From contig OY781964.1 in assembly GCA_963677485.1 (NCBI GenBank), positions 2,880,001 to 2,944,000 on the forward strand: a DNA stretch of 64,000 nt. Direction: 5' to 3'. Made by a program: the position numbers and the translations under genes. Shown here in pieces: positions 61,131 through 64,000 of this stretch. Under the pieces are notes generated by a model. That model was given only the letters and a program-made list of their open reading frames with translations, did not search any database and was not told where the DNA came from. How positions within the stretch are numbered: the first letter of the stretch is position 1; each line of letters starts with the position of its first letter. The DNA comes from Armatimonadota bacterium (GTDB lineage Bacteria; Armatimonadota; HRBIN16).

Positions 61131-62201
61131 ATGAATAAGTTCGCATTTATACTTCATCCCATCCGGATTAGCGACATCACTCGCCGATTCCCTATTTTCA
61201 AAGCACTGCCGGCATCGCTTACCCAAGGCATATTTAAGCAAGTACCCCCCTTCAAAACGGCCCATATCACCGGGATTAAAAGCATCACCGGTCAGGAAGC
61301 CGAGGGGTGGTTCATCGTAGTGCCATGGTCGCCCGAGATGCTGCTAAACACGCGTTGGCCCATCGTGCTGGACAAGATACTCAAGGCGGGGCACATCGCC
61401 GAGGAGCTGGGCGTTGATATCATGGGCCTTGGTGCCTTCCTGAAGGTGGTTGGCGATAAAGGCGTGAGCGTGGCGAAGGGGCTATCGGTGCCAGTCACCA
61501 CTGGCAACAGCTATACTACCGCTAGTGCTGTTCAAGGTGCGCTGCTGGGTGCGGAACGCCTGGGCATCGATCCCAAAAACGCACACGCCACCGTGGTCGG
61601 TGCGACCGGTGCGATCGGCGCGGCTTGCGCACGTGTGCTCTGCCCGAAGGTGGGTCACTTAACGCTCTGCGCCCGCAGCATGGGGCCGCTGGAAGCATTG
61701 CAGCAAGAGCTCCGGTTGCTGAATGGTGCCGAGGTGGGCATCGTCACCGACAGCCATGAGGCGATCAAACAGGCCGAAATAGTGATCACCGTCACCTCCG
61801 CCACCGACACGCTGATCGAACCTGAGGACATCCGCCCGGGCGCCGTGGTGTGCGATGTGGCGCGGCCGCGCAACGTCAGCCAGGCGGTGTATGAGCGGCG
61901 CAGGGACGTGCTGGTCATCGACGGCGGCGTGATCAAGGTGCCGGGTGAGAATGTGGACTTTGGCATGAACTTCGGATTCCCTCCCAAACACGCGGAGGCC
62001 TGCATGGCCGAAACCATCGCGCTGTGCCTGGAGGGCCGGTTCGAGAGCTTCACCATTGGCGGCGACATCTCCGCGCAGAAAGTCTCGGAGATTGACCAGA
62101 TCGCCACAAAGCACGGCTTCGAGATCTCCGGCTTCCGCAGGTTTGAGCGTGCCATACCGGACGAAGAGGTAGAGGCCATACGCAAGGCCGCCGGCCGGTA
62201 G
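61131..62201 (+). CDS. Acyl-ACP-reductase-like / predicted NAD(P)-dependent dehydrogenase (often annotated shikimate dehydrogenase-like)
   Basis: FAFILHP, GLGAF, TTGNSYT, GATGAIG Rossmann motif, CDVARPRNV, ACMAET. Confidence 0.85.
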   Translation: MNKFAFILHPIRISDITRRFPIFKALPASLTQGIFKQVPPFKTAHITGIKSITGQEAEGWFIVVPWSPEMLLNTRWPIVLDKILKAGHIAEELGVDIMGLGAFLKVVGDKGVSVAKGLSVPVTTGNSYTTASAVQGALLGAERLGIDPKNAHATVVGATGAIGAACARVLCPKVGHLTLCARSMGPLEALQQELRLLNGAEVGIVTDSHEAIKQAEIVITVTSATDTLIEPEDIRPGAVVCDVARPRNVSQAVYERRRDVLVIDGGVIKVPGENVDFGMNFGFPPKHAEACMAETIALCLEGRFESFTIGGDISAQKVSEIDQIATKHGFEISGFRRFERAIPDEEVEAIRKAAGR

Positions 62202-62301
62202 GTTTGTCGGCTGCGATGTAGCAGCCACTGTCAACATGCGAAATGCCGCATTTGCAACAACGGCAGCCCAGAAGGGATGTTCGTCTTAGATCCTGCAAGC
62301 G

Positions 62302-62469
62302 TTGCCTATGTCCGGGGCGGTCTGTGCGCAGGCTAGCGGATGCGGATGGCTCGAGACCGCGCCGGTCTGGCGGTTAGCCATGAAAGATTTGTGTCAGGAA
62401 AAAGACCGGCGCGGTCTATAGACAGTGGCGATTACTAGCGTACCGCCAGACCGCCCCGGACTTAGGCAA
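62302..62469. repeat. Inverted-pair repeat (REPIN-like)
   Basis: ttgcctatgtccggggcggtctg ... cagaccgccccggacttaggcaa; each arm carries agaccggcgcggtct. Confidence 0.85.
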
Positions 62470-62597
62470 TATACTCACCTAGATGCCGCTAGCTGTAGTT
62501 CAACCGTGCTCAATCCATCACTTCACTCCTTGTGGTAACACCGCGTACCCATCAGGCGTCCTAGTACTGATCTGCGAAATGGGGGGACTCTATTAAT

Positions 62598-63836
62598 ATG
62601 GAAGCTGGCGTATGGCGTTTTACCGTGGGAGCGAGTGGGGCCGCACCGGTTGTGGTGCGGATGCCGCAGTCGATGCTGCCGATGCCTCTGATGCGTTCGG
62701 AGAGCCTGTGGCAGGGGAACGTGGTGGATTTTGCTCAAGCTGTCTCCCAGTTTGGTGCGAATGGGGTGATATTGAATCTTCCTCTGTCCGACCTCTCTGG
62801 CGAAGGCCGGCTTTCTCTGGCACAAATATCTGGCATCGGAACACTCATACGTAAAACTGCCGATCGGACACAGAAGGCTGGCGTGTCGCTGTTCATTGAG
62901 ATATCCAGTCTGCCCATGCCGGCCTGGCTGGCTTCTGCCGGGGGTATTGATGGACCAGAGGGGCGTACGCACCTCGGAAATGCCATGTCGACCTTCGCGG
63001 ATGCGCTTGGTGCCGCCGTTGGAGTGGCGGCCATTATGCCAGACATAGGGCTATCCCAACCGCCGATGGGGAGTGATAACTGGGACACGTTTAAATCGGG
63101 TGGGAGTGCCGTTCGTCTGTGGAAGCAGTGGCGTTCTCAAGCAAAACTGCCGCAGGAAGACGAACTTCCCGCGATTTCGTGGAACAAGCTGCTAAAACAA
63201 TATGACCTGCCTCAGACGAAGATTTACGAAATCCAACGCTTCAGGAGCTGGCTTTTCCTGCAGAGATGGGCGGCTTTGACCACTGACGCAATACCGGAAA
63301 ACTCTAAGCTGCCGTGGGGTTGCCATCTGCCTGATGGACGGTTGGGGCTGATGGCAGGTGAAGCTGGCCAATACGCGGGCGTGCTGGGTGTGGATATGCC
63401 TTCAACATGCAGCGTCTGCAGGATAGACCTGGGTGAGTATCCATATAAAGAAGATGCTGATGTGAATGAATGGGTCAAACGGTCTGTGATGCTGTTGCGC
63501 CTATCTGTCAAAGGCACTCAACCTTGCGTCATGGCCGAACTGTCGACTAAACTGAGCACAGATGCGGCACTAGTGGCGCTAAGATCCAACTTGGCCATCA
63601 TACGCAAACATTGTGCCGGGCTTGTGATAGGCAGCATTGAGCTGGCATCCGCATTGGGTCGGGAGACGATGGTCAGTTTGGCTCAACCGATCAAGCGCAC
63701 TCCGCCTCGTGCCTTTGTGCGTCTGAGCCGCATTGATGAGCTGGCCCCGGTTAAGCCCGGACGTTTGACCGAGCTGATGAAAACCCCACTGGTGCGTGTG
63801 CAACAGACCGACGGTCAGTGGGACAATCCGAAGTAG
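62598..63836 (+). CDS. Hypothetical protein (possible TIM-barrel/glycoside-hydrolase-like fold)
   Basis: 412 aa ORF with GGGGG RBS; alternating alpha/beta pattern; no recognisable catalytic motif. Confidence 0.65.
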   Translation: MEAGVWRFTVGASGAAPVVVRMPQSMLPMPLMRSESLWQGNVVDFAQAVSQFGANGVILNLPLSDLSGEGRLSLAQISGIGTLIRKTADRTQKAGVSLFIEISSLPMPAWLASAGGIDGPEGRTHLGNAMSTFADALGAAVGVAAIMPDIGLSQPPMGSDNWDTFKSGGSAVRLWKQWRSQAKLPQEDELPAISWNKLLKQYDLPQTKIYEIQRFRSWLFLQRWAALTTDAIPENSKLPWGCHLPDGRLGLMAGEAGQYAGVLGVDMPSTCSVCRIDLGEYPYKEDADVNEWVKRSVMLLRLSVKGTQPCVMAELSTKLSTDAALVALRSNLAIIRKHCAGLVIGSIELASALGRETMVSLAQPIKRTPPRAFVRLSRIDELAPVKPGRLTELMKTPLVRVQQTDGQWDNPK

Positions 63837-64000
63837 TTCAAAGCTCCATCGTTAATACATAGCCTCACGCGAAGACGCGAAGACGCGAAGGTAATGACCG
63901 CGCCGGTTTCCCAGTACGATGGCAATCGCTGTGCAGGTAACCTCCGGCGCGTTCTGGCGGATATCCCGTATTCGGTCAGCTACAGTTGCCGCGGGTTTTG

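Noticed and set aside
63975-64000. Possible further copy of the multi-hairpin element (tgccgcgggttt)
   Set aside because: Truncated by the window edge and diverges from the tttagtc core; insufficient evidence.

Overview
GC-rich bacterial chromosomal window with about 45 protein genes. I saw no rRNA, tRNA, CRISPR array or transposase. The gene content (DUF1559-like H-X9-DG proteins, GH78 rhamnosidases, UroD-family protein, GspG-like-tail proteins) suggests an Armatimonadota-like organism, which is an inference. In order: (1) a tightly coupled minus-strand operon of at least 10 genes under a perfect TTGACA-N18-TATAAT promoter, joining an uncharacterised four-gene membrane module (DUF6754-type) to an NlpC/P60 peptidase and a nucleoside/sugar ABC transporter; (2) an ECF sigma/anti-sigma pair; (3) a rhamnose/mannose glycan-degradation region (esterase, two GH78, GH38, beta-helix protein, beta-propeller hydrolase, oxidoreductase, rhaB); (4) prfB without the programmed frameshift; (5) a CheB-CheR-PAS protein coupled to a hybrid histidine kinase with no chemoreceptors nearby; (6) three tandem paralogous membrane-anchored proteins; (7) ftsK followed by an acyl-ACP-reductase-like gene. 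The most unusual signal is non-coding. Most large intergenic spaces hold modular repeats, including a 200-280 bp multi-hairpin element with conserved stems and exchangeable loops that occurs as head-to-tail tandems and chimeras, composite 7-10 nt periodic repeats, and GTAG-type REP palindromes. All family assignments come from motif recognition by eye; no database searches were run.
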